In this document: positions 18,076 through 28,627 of the stretch, one piece after another
Layout: every line of letters begins with the position of its first letter
Position numbering within the stretch: position 1 is the first letter of the stretch
Source: Myxococcota bacterium
GTDB taxonomy: Bacteria; Myxococcota; JACRCW01
Length of the DNA stretch: 64,000 nucleotides
Assembly (NCBI GenBank): GCA_040752415.1
Contig: JBFMGU010000020.1
Coordinates: 1-64,000 of the forward strand
Direction: 5' to 3'
Program-made: the position numbers and the translations under genes
Notes under the pieces: model-generated
Databases searched by the model: none
Told to the model about the DNA's origin: nothing
Seen by the model: only the letters and a program-made list of their open reading frames with translations

Positions 18076-20307
18076 ATGACGCTGGTGCCAAGCCGGTTGG
18101 AAGCCGTCAAGATCTACCACAGCGGTGCCACCATCCAGCGCGTCGTCGAGTGGCGGCCGGAGGCGGGCAGCTGGCCGCGCGAGATCGAGATTGCGCCGCT
18201 GCCCCTCGCGTTGGTGGATTCCACGGTGCGCCTCCGCGTGGAGTCGGTGGATGCACCGGGCGCGGAGCTGGAAGCCCACGAGCTGCGCGTGGGTCTGTAT
18301 GCGCCGCCGCGAGAGCTCGTCGTGGAGCCACCCGAGGAGAAGGAGCTGCTCGAGGTGGAGCGCGCGTTGCGGCTCAAGCGCGAGATGCTGGATCACGTGG
18401 TGATGGAGATGGACATGCTGGGCGCCATCCCCGTGCCGGAACGTCCCCACGGCGAGGAGGGCAAGCCGCCACCGCCCTCTCCCATGGCCGCGCGCGTGGC
18501 GTTGGAGCAGTTCACCGAGCAGGCCGTCGACAAGCGCACCGCGGAGCGGAAGGCCCTGCGCGCGGAGATCGACGTGCTGGAGAAGCAGGCGGCCGAGCTG
18601 CGTGACCGTCAAACCCGCGCCTCCAGCGCCCGACAGGTGTCGGCGCAGGAGATCTCCAAGACGGTGATTGCGCGGCTGCATCACCACGGCGCGCCGTTCC
18701 AGAGTGCGCGACTCGTCCTCGAGTACTTCATCCCCGGTGCGCGTTGGGCGCCGGCGTACCAGGTGCGTCTCACGCGCGATTGCCAGCAGGCGGAAGTGCA
18801 GTTGCGCGCGCTCATCTGTCAGCGCTCCGGCGAGGATTGGAAGGGCGTGAAGGTGACGCTCTCGACGGCAGCGCCCATGCGCTGGACGGAGATTCCCGAG
18901 CTGGCCAGTGTGCGCGTGGGTCGAGCGCAGCCGGCTCCGTCGAGGAAGACGGGGTTCCGGGCGCCGCCGCAAGGCGCAGGCGCGTTGTTCCAGGACTTCG
19001 ACCGCGACCGCGAGCTGCTGCTCCACACACTTCCCCGACGAGCGACGTGGTCGTTGCGTGCCGCGGATGGCATGGAGAGGGAGAGACACGGAGCGTTTGG
19101 CGGCGTCACGCAGGTGGCCATGGCACCGCCGCCTCCACCGCCTCCGCCGCCTCGTTCGCCCGCTCCCACGAAGGCGGCGATGATGAAGACCGCGGCGCTG
19201 GACATGCGGGCGGAGCAGGCCCGGGACGTCGGTGAGGCGGCCGTTGACGACGAGTTCACCGCTCTCGCGGAGCCTTCCTACGATGCCTTCGAGGAAGACA
19301 CCACGCCGCCGCAGGGCGCTCCCGTCGCCAAGCCCGCCCCCGCACCTGCCGCCGCGCGCGCGCCCGTGGCCCGTGCCAGGGGTGGTGGACCGGGCGCACC
19401 GCCCCCGCAAGCACCGCAGTCGCTGGATGACTTCACCCTGCTGCGGCTCAGCAATCCCGACGACGCGAGCGGTCGCGCCCGGCTGCGCGCGTTGGACTCC
19501 CGCACCGCGTACCTGGAGACGCTGGAGCGGGCCAAGGGGGAGATCGTGGTCGACGTGGCCACGCTGGTGAACAGCGCGCAGGAGCTGGCCGCGCAGATTG
19601 CCGCGCTGCCCCTGCCCCGGGGCGCGGTGAACGTGCGCAGCGCCGCGGGCGAGGCGTTTGACTTCGCGTATCACGCGGACGGCGTCGTCGACGTGCCCTC
19701 CGACGGGGTCTTCCACTCCGTGGCGCTGGGGAACCGCACCGCGGAGGCGCAGGTGCAGTACGTGGTGGTGCCGCGCGAGGACTCCAACGTCTACCGCGTC
19801 TCCGTCATCAAGAACCCCACCGACGCGCCGCTGCTCTCCGGTCCCGCGGAGATCTACGTGGGCGGCGAATACGTGCTCACCACCAACCTGCCCACGGTCC
19901 GTCCTCGAGGCCAGATCACGCTCGGCCTGGGCGTGGAGCAGGCCATCAAGTGCGCGCGCAACACCCAGTTCCGCGAGGCGCGCAGCGGCAGCAAGGTGGT
20001 GGCCATGACGGAGCTCTGGCACGACATCACCATCCAGATCGTCAACGGGCTGGAGCGCAACATCGACTGCGAGGTGCGCGAGCGCATTCCACAGCCGGCC
20101 AAGGGCGCGGAGGTTGTCGTCGAGGAGGGCGAGGTCAGCCCGGCCTGGAGCACCTATCCGCAGGTGGAACGCGGGGCGCCGCTGGAAGGTGGTCGGCGTT
20201 GGATGATCATGGTGCCCGCGCGCGGCGAGAAGACCCTGAAGGCGCAGTACGTCGTCAAGATCTACGCCAACAACGAGATTGTGGGCGGCAACCGGCGGGA
20301 GGCCTGA
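18076..20307 (+). CDS. DUF4140/DUF4139 domain protein (MuiA-like) with Pro/Ala-rich insert
   Basis: V.IY..GATI.R start, LEYFIPGARWAPAY, QRSGEDWKGVKVTLSTA, VPSDG..HSV, LLSGPAEIY, VRERIP. Confidence 0.85.
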   Translation: MTLVPSRLEAVKIYHSGATIQRVVEWRPEAGSWPREIEIAPLPLALVDSTVRLRVESVDAPGAELEAHELRVGLYAPPRELVVEPPEEKELLEVERALRLKREMLDHVVMEMDMLGAIPVPERPHGEEGKPPPPSPMAARVALEQFTEQAVDKRTAERKALRAEIDVLEKQAAELRDRQTRASSARQVSAQEISKTVIARLHHHGAPFQSARLVLEYFIPGARWAPAYQVRLTRDCQQAEVQLRALICQRSGEDWKGVKVTLSTAAPMRWTEIPELASVRVGRAQPAPSRKTGFRAPPQGAGALFQDFDRDRELLLHTLPRRATWSLRAADGMERERHGAFGGVTQVAMAPPPPPPPPPRSPAPTKAAMMKTAALDMRAEQARDVGEAAVDDEFTALAEPSYDAFEEDTTPPQGAPVAKPAPAPAAARAPVARARGGGPGAPPPQAPQSLDDFTLLRLSNPDDASGRARLRALDSRTAYLETLERAKGEIVVDVATLVNSAQELAAQIAALPLPRGAVNVRSAAGEAFDFAYHADGVVDVPSDGVFHSVALGNRTAEAQVQYVVVPREDSNVYRVSVIKNPTDAPLLSGPAEIYVGGEYVLTTNLPTVRPRGQITLGLGVEQAIKCARNTQFREARSGSKVVAMTELWHDITIQIVNGLERNIDCEVRERIPQPAKGAEVVVEEGEVSPAWSTYPQVERGAPLEGGRRWMIMVPARGEKTLKAQYVVKIYANNEIVGGNRREA

Positions 20308-20310
20308 GCC

Positions 20311-21942
20311 ATGACCACCACAATGGCAACCACGCAACGCTCGGAGCGCCTGTTCCCGCCCGTCGATCCCGAGCGGCGCGCGGTGGACTGTCCCGTCGTG
20401 AAGGTGACCCTCCTGGAGGACCGTGCCCAGGTGCAGCGCAGTGCGCGCATCACGGTCAAGAAGGGGCACAACACGCTGCGCATCATGGAAGTGGCGCCCG
20501 TGCTGCAGGACGTGAGCCTGCGCGCGGAGAGCGGGGCCGGCGGGACCGTGCTGGACGTGCGGGTCCGTCGGGCGCTGCGCATCCTCGAGGTGGACAAGCC
20601 GGAGGAAGCGCGTCGGCTGGAGGCGGAGATTGAGCGGCTCACGCGGGAGCTGCGCGATCTCGACGAGGAGCGGGACCGGCTGGACCAGCGCCACCGCATC
20701 ACGTTGGAGATCGTCTCCAAGGGCGCGGGCGAGGTTCCCGACGACGCGGGATGGGGCCTGGTCAATCCGCAGGTCTGGCACGACACCTTCGAGTCGCTGT
20801 TCAAGAAGGCGCGCACGCTGCGGGAGCAGGTCATGCACCTGGGCGCGCGTCACGAGGATCTCACGCGCGAATTGGACCGGCTCATCCGCGAGCGCAAGGC
20901 CATGGACCGTGTGGACCATCATCACGTGGCGTGGCTGGAGGTGGACGTGCAGGCCGCTTCCGACGGGGAGGTCGATCTCAGCGTGGGTTACGTGGTCCCC
21001 AATGCGCTATGGCGGCCGTGGCACTCCGCGCGCCTTTCCGGGACGGGGAGCCTGCGGTTCCAGTCGTTCGCCGCGGTCTGGCAGAACACCGGCGAGGATT
21101 GGCGTGACGTGGAGCTGGTGTTCTCGACGGCGCGCTCGTCGCTGGGAACCAATCCGCCCACGCTCACCGACGACCTGCTCACCGCGCAGCGCAAGAGTCC
21201 CGAGGTGGTGATCCAGGCGCGCGAGGTGGCGATCCAGAAGGCGAGCGTACCGGGTGGGCCCGCGGGTGGCGGCGGCGCGCCCGCGATGCCAGCGACGGTG
21301 GACCTGCCTGGCGTCGACGACGGTGGCGACGTGCAGAACCTGAAGGCGCCCCAGCGCGCCACCGTGCCGTCCGACGGGAGACCGAACCTGGTGCCGCTCA
21401 GCACCTTCGAGACGCCCGCGCAGGTCAGCCTGGTGTGCATGCCGGAGCTGGAACCGGTGGTGTTCCTGCGCAGCATCCAGGAGAACGCGGGACGTCATCC
21501 CATCCTCGCCGGACCGGTGGAGCTGGTGCGGGACAGCGGCGCCGTGGGTTGGACGCGGGTGCTGTTCGTGGCGCCCAAGGAGCGCTTCCAGCTGGGCTTT
21601 GGGCCGGATGATGACCTGCGTGTGACCCGACAGGTGGACAAGGAATCCGAGGTCGACGACGTGGGCAAGTGGAACATCACGGTCACCCAGGTGCAGGACT
21701 TCATCAGCAACCTGGGCGGCACGGACAAGGAGCTGGAGCTGGTGGAGCGCATCCCGGTGTCCGAGATCGAACACGTGAAGATCACGCTGCTGGCCGACAA
21801 GACCGATGGGCAGCCCACCGTCGACGACAACGGGCTGGTGACCTTCAAGGTGAAGGTGGGTGCACACAAGCATGAACGTGTGCGAATGTTCTGGCGCGCC
21901 GCGGTGGCCCCGGGCGTGAACGTTCCGCGACTGCGCGGTTAG
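20311..21942 (+). CDS. DUF4140/DUF4139 domain protein (MuiA family)
   Basis: VTLLEDRAQVQR, YVVPNALWRP, QNTGEDWRDVELVFSTA, VPSDG, ILAGPV, ERIPVSE. Confidence 0.88.
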   Translation: MTTTMATTQRSERLFPPVDPERRAVDCPVVKVTLLEDRAQVQRSARITVKKGHNTLRIMEVAPVLQDVSLRAESGAGGTVLDVRVRRALRILEVDKPEEARRLEAEIERLTRELRDLDEERDRLDQRHRITLEIVSKGAGEVPDDAGWGLVNPQVWHDTFESLFKKARTLREQVMHLGARHEDLTRELDRLIRERKAMDRVDHHHVAWLEVDVQAASDGEVDLSVGYVVPNALWRPWHSARLSGTGSLRFQSFAAVWQNTGEDWRDVELVFSTARSSLGTNPPTLTDDLLTAQRKSPEVVIQAREVAIQKASVPGGPAGGGGAPAMPATVDLPGVDDGGDVQNLKAPQRATVPSDGRPNLVPLSTFETPAQVSLVCMPELEPVVFLRSIQENAGRHPILAGPVELVRDSGAVGWTRVLFVAPKERFQLGFGPDDDLRVTRQVDKESEVDDVGKWNITVTQVQDFISNLGGTDKELELVERIPVSEIEHVKITLLADKTDGQPTVDDNGLVTFKVKVGAHKHERVRMFWRAAVAPGVNVPRLRG

Positions 21943-21946
21943 GTGG

Positions 21947-22423
21947 ATGACGATGTTGACTTCATTGCTGGTTTCCCTGGTCCTCATGCAGAGCCCCGCG
22001 CCGGAGCAGCCGGCGCAAGAAACCCCCGCAGCGTCGACGGAGAACGTGCCGGATGCCACCGCGGTGGAGACCGCCAAGCCGGCCGGGGTGCGACGACTCG
22101 ACCTGGTGCTCATTCGTGCGTCGGGTGTGGGTTCGCTGGTTGCCGGAGTGGTGGTGTTCGTGGGCTCGGGGCTGGTGGCGTTGGGGAGCGCCGTCATCCT
22201 GGGCGCGCTGATGGCCGAGTACATGAAGTGGGATGAAGGCCTGTTGAAGCTCGAGGGCGAGGAGTGGGACTGGGAGAACCCGGACGTCTGGAAAGATGCC
22301 CTGCCGCGGTTTGCCTGGGACGTCGGGCGGTACGGCGTGGTGCTTTCGTTTGGTACCGCGTTGTTCGGGATGCTGCTCACCGGCGTGGGCGCTGCGATGC
22401 TCGCGGGCACCGCGGTGGAGTGA
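21947..22423 (+). CDS. Hypothetical membrane protein
   Basis: Signal-like N-terminus and two long hydrophobic segments. Directly downstream of the DUF4139 gene. Confidence 0.65.
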   Translation: MTMLTSLLVSLVLMQSPAPEQPAQETPAASTENVPDATAVETAKPAGVRRLDLVLIRASGVGSLVAGVVVFVGSGLVALGSAVILGALMAEYMKWDEGLLKLEGEEWDWENPDVWKDALPRFAWDVGRYGVVLSFGTALFGMLLTGVGAAMLAGTAVE

Positions 22424-22438
22424 ACCGTGAAGACGGAT

Positions 22439-22494
22439 CCAGGGCGGTGCTGCACGACGGTGCGCGGTCAGACGTGATTGCACCGCACTCCAGG
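22439..22494 (-). repeat. Single REP-like hairpin (GGAGTGCGG family)
   Basis: Minus strand CCTGGAGTGCGGTGC..GCACCGCCCTGG has the same ends as the 40.8 kb element. Lies between convergent genes. Confidence 0.6.
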
Positions 22495-22591
22495 GCGCCA
22501 CTGCCACATTCAACCCACTTCGTGACCTTTAGGGACCAGCTGGTGAGGACGTTGTGGGCGGCGAACACCCACCCCCCCACGGACCGCACGC

Positions 22592-23842
22592 TCAGTTCTT
22601 CTGGAGGATGACGCCGCCGCTGCCCACCACCCACACGCGCGCGGGCGGCGGACCACCGTCGGGCGTCTGGCGCGGGCCACCGTCGTAGTCCAGGCGGGCG
22701 CCGCCCACCGCGCGCAGGTGGTTGTCGACGTGGATGTCCTCGTCATACCAGCCCGCGTCGCGGCCGACGCCGAAGCCATCATAACGCAGCACCACCCCGG
22801 AGAAGCCCACCGCGTAGATGTCGCGACGTCCCGTGCCCCACAGCCCCTGCACGTACACCGGCGTGGGAATGCTGCGCGGCACCCAGTCACCACCCTCACG
22901 ACGCATCAGCCGTCCGTCCTGGCCCGCGCAGTACACGTTGTCCTGGCTGGTGCCCCACGCCGTCACAAGGCTGTCGCGCGTGAAGGGAACCCCCTCGGCG
23001 AGCTGCATCTCGTACCAGGCGTAGCCGCGGTCACCGTCGCGCCACTCATAGATGGCACCACCACCGCCGCACGCCACCGCGAAGTTCCCCGAAGCCCACC
23101 CCGACTTCAGGTCCGCGTCGAGACGCACCGAGCCGATGAGCGGTCCACCGTCGGGATCACAACGCTGGCCGTAGCAACACGTGCCACCGGGATTGACGCA
23201 GCACTCCTCGGGCGCGCCGCACAGCGGGTAGCGCACGCCGGGCTCTCCGGGAATCTCGTAGGTGGTGCAGATGCCGCCATTCTGCGCGGGGTTCTCGATG
23301 CGCGTCTCACACACCGGGAAGGAGCGCAGCGTGACCTCGTCGGTCATGACCCGCACGCCGCCGTCGGCGTCGGGAGTGAGGATGGCGCCCTCCGCGCCCA
23401 CCATGAAGACCACGTCGTTGGAGCCGAACACCGAGAACAGGTGCGAGGTGATCCCCGTCGGCATCACGGTGAAGTCCCCGCCCGTGCTGTGCAGCACCGT
23501 GCCGTTCCAGCCCACGGCCCAGATGTCGTTGACGTCACGGCCCCACACGCTTTCCAGGTTCTCCTCGGTGCCCGAGGCCACGCGGGTCCAGTTCCCGTTC
23601 TCGTACCGTGCAATGGCGCCCCGGTCACCGACGACGTAGGCCAGGTCCGCGTGGGCCACCCACAGTCCGCGCCAGTTCTCGACGGACGGGTCCGGGGTGG
23701 TGACCTTCCAGGTGTCATTGGCGTCGGGACGCGAGGTGTTGGTGCCGGGCAGTGGCAGGCCACCGGGCAGACCGGCCCCGCAGTCCTGCGTGCATGCCCA
23801 CACCCCCAGCGACATCCCCATCGCCACGACCAGACGCTTCAT
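22592..23842 (-). CDS. Putative lipoprotein with beta-propeller-type repeats
   Basis: Signal ending VWAC, repeated L..VWG....++AVG..G.+L.Y.G.W units, Cys-rich insert. Confidence 0.75.
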   Translation of the reverse strand: MKRLVVAMGMSLGVWACTQDCGAGLPGGLPLPGTNTSRPDANDTWKVTTPDPSVENWRGLWVAHADLAYVVGDRGAIARYENGNWTRVASGTEENLESVWGRDVNDIWAVGWNGTVLHSTGGDFTVMPTGITSHLFSVFGSNDVVFMVGAEGAILTPDADGGVRVMTDEVTLRSFPVCETRIENPAQNGGICTTYEIPGEPGVRYPLCGAPEECCVNPGGTCCYGQRCDPDGGPLIGSVRLDADLKSGWASGNFAVACGGGGAIYEWRDGDRGYAWYEMQLAEGVPFTRDSLVTAWGTSQDNVYCAGQDGRLMRREGGDWVPRSIPTPVYVQGLWGTGRRDIYAVGFSGVVLRYDGFGVGRDAGWYDEDIHVDNHLRAVGGARLDYDGGPRQTPDGGPPPARVWVVGSGGVILQKN

Positions 23843-23945
23843 GGTCGCGCAGCGTACCACGGGCCGGCGGGGGAGGCGCCAGGCAGCCGTGGCGACGTCC
23901 CGGGGAGCGTTCGCCCGGGTCGCGTGGCCCCGCTAGAGTCGGCGC

Positions 23946-26900
23946 ATGTTCCACACCGTGCTCGTCACCGTGGCCCTGGCTGCTGCTCCCGCGTGGGAAC
24001 GCGACGCGGATGCCCTGCGTCGGATGTTGGAGACGCTGCGCCAGCATGGCCCGGACTCTCCCTACGGCGGCCCGCTCTTTCCCGCGGACCTGCGTGTCGA
24101 CGACGTGCAGCCGCAAGCGCACCACCTCGTGGCCCGGGTGTCCGGTCACTGGAATGTTCCCGAGCGGCAGCTGGAGGTCACCGACGAGCTCCGTCGGGAA
24201 ACGCTGCTGGGCGCGGCGCACGCCCACGGTCTGTCCACCGGATTCGTCGTGATGGTGCGTGGTGACGACGGCATCTACCGCGCCCTCGGCATGCGCGGTC
24301 AGCCCGTGGGGCGCGCGCCTTCCGAGGATCCGCGTCCAACGCAGGGGCCGCTTCCCGTCGGTACGCCGGTCCCCAAGAGCGCGCGGTTTCCCTTTGGTGC
24401 GCCGCTCCTGGGTCGTCGCATTGCGCTCTCCGCGGGACATGGTTGGCTCGAGAACGGTGGTGGCTGGGCCACGCAGCGCTCACGGTGGGCGTTCGAGGGT
24501 TGTGCAAACTGTCGCGGCATCACCGAGGACTTCTTCACCGCCGAGGTGATGACCACCTACGTCATCCCGCTGCTCGAGAACATGGGCGCGCAGGTCATCC
24601 TGGTGCGAGAGCCGGATCACTCGCTCCCCGACGGTGTCCTGCTTGACGACGGAGATGTGGCCTACAGCGAGGTGGGCTCCTGGGGTCAGGGCGCCAATGC
24701 GGGCGGCTTCCTCGACGACTACCGGACCAACGCGGACACCGACCAGGGCTATGCGCAGTACCAGGTCGACGTCGGTGCGCCCGGCCCGCGACGGGTCTCC
24801 ATGCGCTACCTGCAGGGCAGCAACCGCACCACGTCCGCCGTTGTCACCATTGCGCACGCAGGCGGTCAGCAGGTGTTCAACCTGGACCAGACGCTGATGG
24901 GTCAGCATTGGCTCGACCTCGGGTCGTACTGGTTCGAGCCCGGAGCGGGACTCATCTCGCTGAGCCACGGTGTCGCCGAGGGCTACCTCATCGCGGACGC
25001 GGTGAAGGTGGGCGGAGGCGTCTTCGCCACGTCGGGAAAGCCGTTCTGGGAGATGGGCGCGGAGAGCTACGTCCCGTGGGCCGGCGCCTCCACCGACGTC
25101 ACCTCCCGTGGCGACGTCACCATCCGCCCCGCCTACGCCGAATACCTGGGCCCGGACCTCTACATCTCCATCCACGCCAACGCGTCCGGCGTCGAGGGCG
25201 GGTCTTCCGCCAATGGCATCAGCACCTACCGCTACTCGTGCATGATCTACGGCGACCACGGCTCCAGCGACTCCGCCCAGGACTGCGACGATCCCCCCGG
25301 CTCCAAGCTCCTCATCGACACGGTGCACGCCGCCATCGTCGAGCGGCTGCACGCGGACTGGGATCCCAACTACGGTGACCGCGGCAAGCGCGTGGCGAAC
25401 TTTGGCGAAGTGCGCGAGCTCATTGACGCACCGGGCATCCTCATCGAGACCGGGTTCTTCGACAACATCGTGGCGCCGACGGGGGCGGGCGCACCGCGCT
25501 ACGCCGACAACCGCTCCCTGCATGACCCGCGCTGGCGTGAAGCGTTCGCGTACGGACTCACCGAGGGAATCGCCGCGTATCTCGCCCCCGGCTCCGGCGC
25601 GCCGCCGGTTCGTCCGGGTGGATTGCGCGCGCTCAACAAGCCCGACGGCACGCTCGTGGTGGCGTGGAACGGCGTGGCCAATGCGGACGCGTACCGCCTC
25701 TACGTCGCCAGCACGGAGCGCGCGTGGGATGCGGGGCAAATCGTCACGGGCACGCAGACCACGGTGACCGGGTTGCAGCCGGGCGCGGTCTACGCCTTCC
25801 GGGTGGCGGCGCTGGGGAACAATGGCGAGGGTCTCCCGTCGCAGGCGGTGGCGGCGCGCTTCCGGGGTGCGGTGCTGAACAATGGCAACGCGGGCAACGC
25901 CCTGTTCATCAATGCGTATGATCGTCGTGACGCGTGGGTGCAGGACCGCGACAACGACTTCTCCTACGCCGTGGAGCACGGTCACGCGCTGGGCGCGGTG
26001 AGTGGTCGGGACATCTACTTCGACGGCGCCCTCGACGAGGTGGTGGAGGACGCCACGGTGCCGCTGGGGGGCTACGCGCTGGTGGATTACGCCGCGGGCA
26101 AGGACTCCACGCGCGATGTGTCGGTGAGCAAGACGATGCAGGGGATCCTGGCCGGTTACGTCGACGGCGGCGGCGCGTTGCTCATCTCCGGCGAGGAGAT
26201 TGGCTATCATCTCGCGGAGACGTCGGTGGACCCGGAGGACCAGGCGTTCCTGGAGGAGGTGTTGGGCGCGGTCTATGTCGCCGACGACGCGGAGACTTTC
26301 CAGCTCGACGGTGTTGGCGGTGGACCGTTCGCGGACCTCAGCGACATCGCGTTCGACGACGGGACCGGCGGTGTCTACGAGGTGGTGTATCCCGACGTCT
26401 TCTCCGCCGCCGCCGGCGCCAGCGTGGTGCTGCTGTATCCCGACGCGACCGGGGCGGCGGTGGCCAGGGAGCGCGTGATCTTCGTCGGGACGCCGCTGGA
26501 GACAATCGTACCGGCCTCCGCTCGACGCGAGGTGTTCCAGCGCGCCGTGGCGTACCTGGTGCCCACCGGCCCCTACCAGGACGCGGACCTCGACGGCGCC
26601 TCCGACGAATGCGAGGCCACCTATGGTCTCAACCCGCTCAACTTCGAGGATGGCGCGCAGGACGACGACAACGACGGTCGGAGCAACGCGGTGGAGTGCC
26701 AGGAGGGAACCCATCCGCGTGATGGCGCGGTGGTGGACGCGGGTGTCACGACGGATGCGGCGGTGGTGGTCACCCCTGACGCCGGAAGCAGGGACGCGAC
26801 CGTTGCGCAGGATGCCGCGAGCCCACCGCGAGCTGACGCCGCAACAGGGACAACCGATGCCGCCACGACGACGCCGGATGCGGGCGAGGACCGTGATGCC

Positions 26901-27104
26901 GGCACCAGCGGAGGACGCGACGCGCGGTTTGTCACCCGGCCACCCGAGGGCGAGGAGCCGCCCGCAATCGATGAGCCGGCGGGCAGCAGTGGCTGTGGGT
27001 GCGCAACCGGGGAGCCGAATGACGCAATGATGCTGGTGGCGCTCGTTGCGATGTGGCGTCGTCGTCGCGTTCCAGCGGCTCCGATGGGAGTTCGCACTGC
27101 TTGA
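23946..27104 (+). CDS. N-acetylmuramoyl-L-alanine amidase (Amidase_3) with golvesin-like/CBM insert, FN3 domain and MYXO-CTERM tail
   Basis: IALSAGHG, ITED, ISIHANA, ILIETGF. YLIADAVK module. FN3 with VTGLQPGAVYAFRVAA. DADLDG/DDDNDG repeats. GCGC..hydrophobic..RRRR. Confidence 0.85.
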   Translation: MFHTVLVTVALAAAPAWERDADALRRMLETLRQHGPDSPYGGPLFPADLRVDDVQPQAHHLVARVSGHWNVPERQLEVTDELRRETLLGAAHAHGLSTGFVVMVRGDDGIYRALGMRGQPVGRAPSEDPRPTQGPLPVGTPVPKSARFPFGAPLLGRRIALSAGHGWLENGGGWATQRSRWAFEGCANCRGITEDFFTAEVMTTYVIPLLENMGAQVILVREPDHSLPDGVLLDDGDVAYSEVGSWGQGANAGGFLDDYRTNADTDQGYAQYQVDVGAPGPRRVSMRYLQGSNRTTSAVVTIAHAGGQQVFNLDQTLMGQHWLDLGSYWFEPGAGLISLSHGVAEGYLIADAVKVGGGVFATSGKPFWEMGAESYVPWAGASTDVTSRGDVTIRPAYAEYLGPDLYISIHANASGVEGGSSANGISTYRYSCMIYGDHGSSDSAQDCDDPPGSKLLIDTVHAAIVERLHADWDPNYGDRGKRVANFGEVRELIDAPGILIETGFFDNIVAPTGAGAPRYADNRSLHDPRWREAFAYGLTEGIAAYLAPGSGAPPVRPGGLRALNKPDGTLVVAWNGVANADAYRLYVASTERAWDAGQIVTGTQTTVTGLQPGAVYAFRVAALGNNGEGLPSQAVAARFRGAVLNNGNAGNALFINAYDRRDAWVQDRDNDFSYAVEHGHALGAVSGRDIYFDGALDEVVEDATVPLGGYALVDYAAGKDSTRDVSVSKTMQGILAGYVDGGGALLISGEEIGYHLAETSVDPEDQAFLEEVLGAVYVADDAETFQLDGVGGGPFADLSDIAFDDGTGGVYEVVYPDVFSAAAGASVVLLYPDATGAAVARERVIFVGTPLETIVPASARREVFQRAVAYLVPTGPYQDADLDGASDECEATYGLNPLNFEDGAQDDDNDGRSNAVECQEGTHPRDGAVVDAGVTTDAAVVVTPDAGSRDATVAQDAASPPRADAATGTTDAATTTPDAGEDRDAGTSGGRDARFVTRPPEGEEPPAIDEPAGSSGCGCATGEPNDAMMLVALVAMWRRRRVPAAPMGVRTA

Positions 27105-27346
27105 ATCATCTCGGTGTGAGTGTGCCGCATTGACCCGAGGGAAAGCGGCACTTCATGCCGCAGTCCGAGAGTGCCGGCCACGTTCATCGCGGCAGACAAG
27201 ATCGCCGGCACGTGCCGAGACCTCGGGGTGCGGGCGTTCGCAGCGGGAGGAGTTGCTCGGTGCCCGCACCTTTCGGACTGCGGCATGAAGTGCCGCTTTC
27301 GCTCGGATCATTGCGGCACACTCACACCGAGAGGAATCAAGCAGTG
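27095..27346. repeat. REPIN/MITE-like element: about 85-bp imperfect inverted arms (27095-27180, 27261-27346)
   Basis: Arms include GAAAGCGGCACTTCATGCCGCAGTCCGA and its exact reverse complement. Lies between convergent genes. Confidence 0.85.
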
Positions 27347-27376
27347 CCCATCTCAACGAGAACCGCATTGCAGCCC

Positions 27377-28627
27377 TCAGGTGCATTGCATCACGACGGC
27401 GAAGAATCCGTCCGTGCCGTGAATGTGCGGGAGACTGAGGAACGCACCATCGCGGATGAATGACGAGTCCAACCATCCCTGGCCGGGTGGGATCATGCGG
27501 AATTCCGGGTGCTGCGCGAGAAAGGCGCTCACCACGTCCTGGTTCTCCTCCCGACGCAGCGTGCACGTGGCATAGACCAGCCTGCCACCGGGACGCACGA
27601 GTGCGCTCGCTTCGTCGAGAATGCACCGTTGGAGCGGCGGAAAGCGGTCCAACTCTGTCGCGGTGAGACGAAACCGCAGGTCCGGACCACGACGGAGCGC
27701 GCCAATCTCGGAGCACGGGGCATCCACGAACACACGGTCCGCGGCGACCGTTCCCTTCAGGCGCTCCACACATGTCACGCCAGCACGACGCGCACGGTGG
27801 CCAAGCCGCTGCAGCTTCTCCTCGTCGACATCGTGGACCAACAGATGACCGCGGCCCTCCATGTCCGCCGCCAATTGCAGCGTCTTCCCGCCCGCGCCAG
27901 CGCAATAATCCACCACGGTCTCCCCGGGGCGCGCCTCCACCAACGCCCCCAGCAGCTGGCTCCCTTCATCCTGCACCTCGAAGAGACCCTGTTGATGCTC
28001 CGCGAGGCCCAGCACGTTCGGCCGCTCCCCCACGACGAGGAGACCGTCCTTGGCATGGAGGCATGGTCGCGTCTGCACACCTGCTTCGCGCAGCAGCGTG
28101 GCCAGCGCATCCGGATTGATCTTGAGGCGATTGGCGCGGAAGGTGATGGGGCCCGGCAGATTCAACGCACTGGCCAGCTGCTCCGCCTCCGCGCCCAGCT
28201 CACGCTGGAAGAGGGCCATGAGCTCGTCGGGGAAGGAGTGGTAGACCGCGGGGGATTCCGGCGCGGGCCTCTCCCGTGGTGCCTGCTGGGCGTCGAGGCC
28301 AAGCAGCTCCGCGGCGTTGGAGGCTGGCCATCCGAGGAGGTCGCGCAGCAGGACGAAGAGCAGCCACGCCGGCTCCGCGCGTTCCGCGTGATGCAGCAAA
28401 CGACGTCGCCACACCGCCACCGCGTACACCGCCTCCACGGCACCCTTGCGCTGCTCCGGGGTCCAGTGCTTGTTCCTCCGCAACAACCCGTCGACGCTGC
28501 GCTCCGCGGCCCGCCCCGCCAGCACCTCCGCGACGGCCTGGCACACCAGTGGCACGACGCCACGCAGCGACGTGAAATCGACCGCGTGGAGGCGGTGGTC
28601 CGAGGGAAGACGCACGTCACGAGTCAT
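27377..28627 (-). CDS. RsmB/NOP2-family RNA m5C methyltransferase
   Basis: FEVQDEGSQL, DYCAGAGGKT, VDAPCS, LVYATCT..EEN, TDGFF. Confidence 0.92.
   Translation of the reverse strand: MTRDVRLPSDHRLHAVDFTSLRGVVPLVCQAVAEVLAGRAAERSVDGLLRRNKHWTPEQRKGAVEAVYAVAVWRRRLLHHAERAEPAWLLFVLLRDLLGWPASNAAELLGLDAQQAPRERPAPESPAVYHSFPDELMALFQRELGAEAEQLASALNLPGPITFRANRLKINPDALATLLREAGVQTRPCLHAKDGLLVVGERPNVLGLAEHQQGLFEVQDEGSQLLGALVEARPGETVVDYCAGAGGKTLQLAADMEGRGHLLVHDVDEEKLQRLGHRARRAGVTCVERLKGTVAADRVFVDAPCSEIGALRRGPDLRFRLTATELDRFPPLQRCILDEASALVRPGGRLVYATCTLRREENQDVVSAFLAQHPEFRMIPPGQGWLDSSFIRDGAFLSLPHIHGTDGFFAVVMQCT

Noticed and set aside
17968..20925. 985-aa minus-strand ORF (likewise 52154-55474, 14704-17130, 24480-26714, 49758-51911, 61257-63605)
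   Set aside because: Antisense shadows of real genes caused by high-GC codon bias. They carry no motifs.
27095..27346. CRISPR array or tRNA
   Set aside because: The repeats are inverted rather than direct with spacers, there is no cloverleaf or T-loop consensus, and no cas genes are present.
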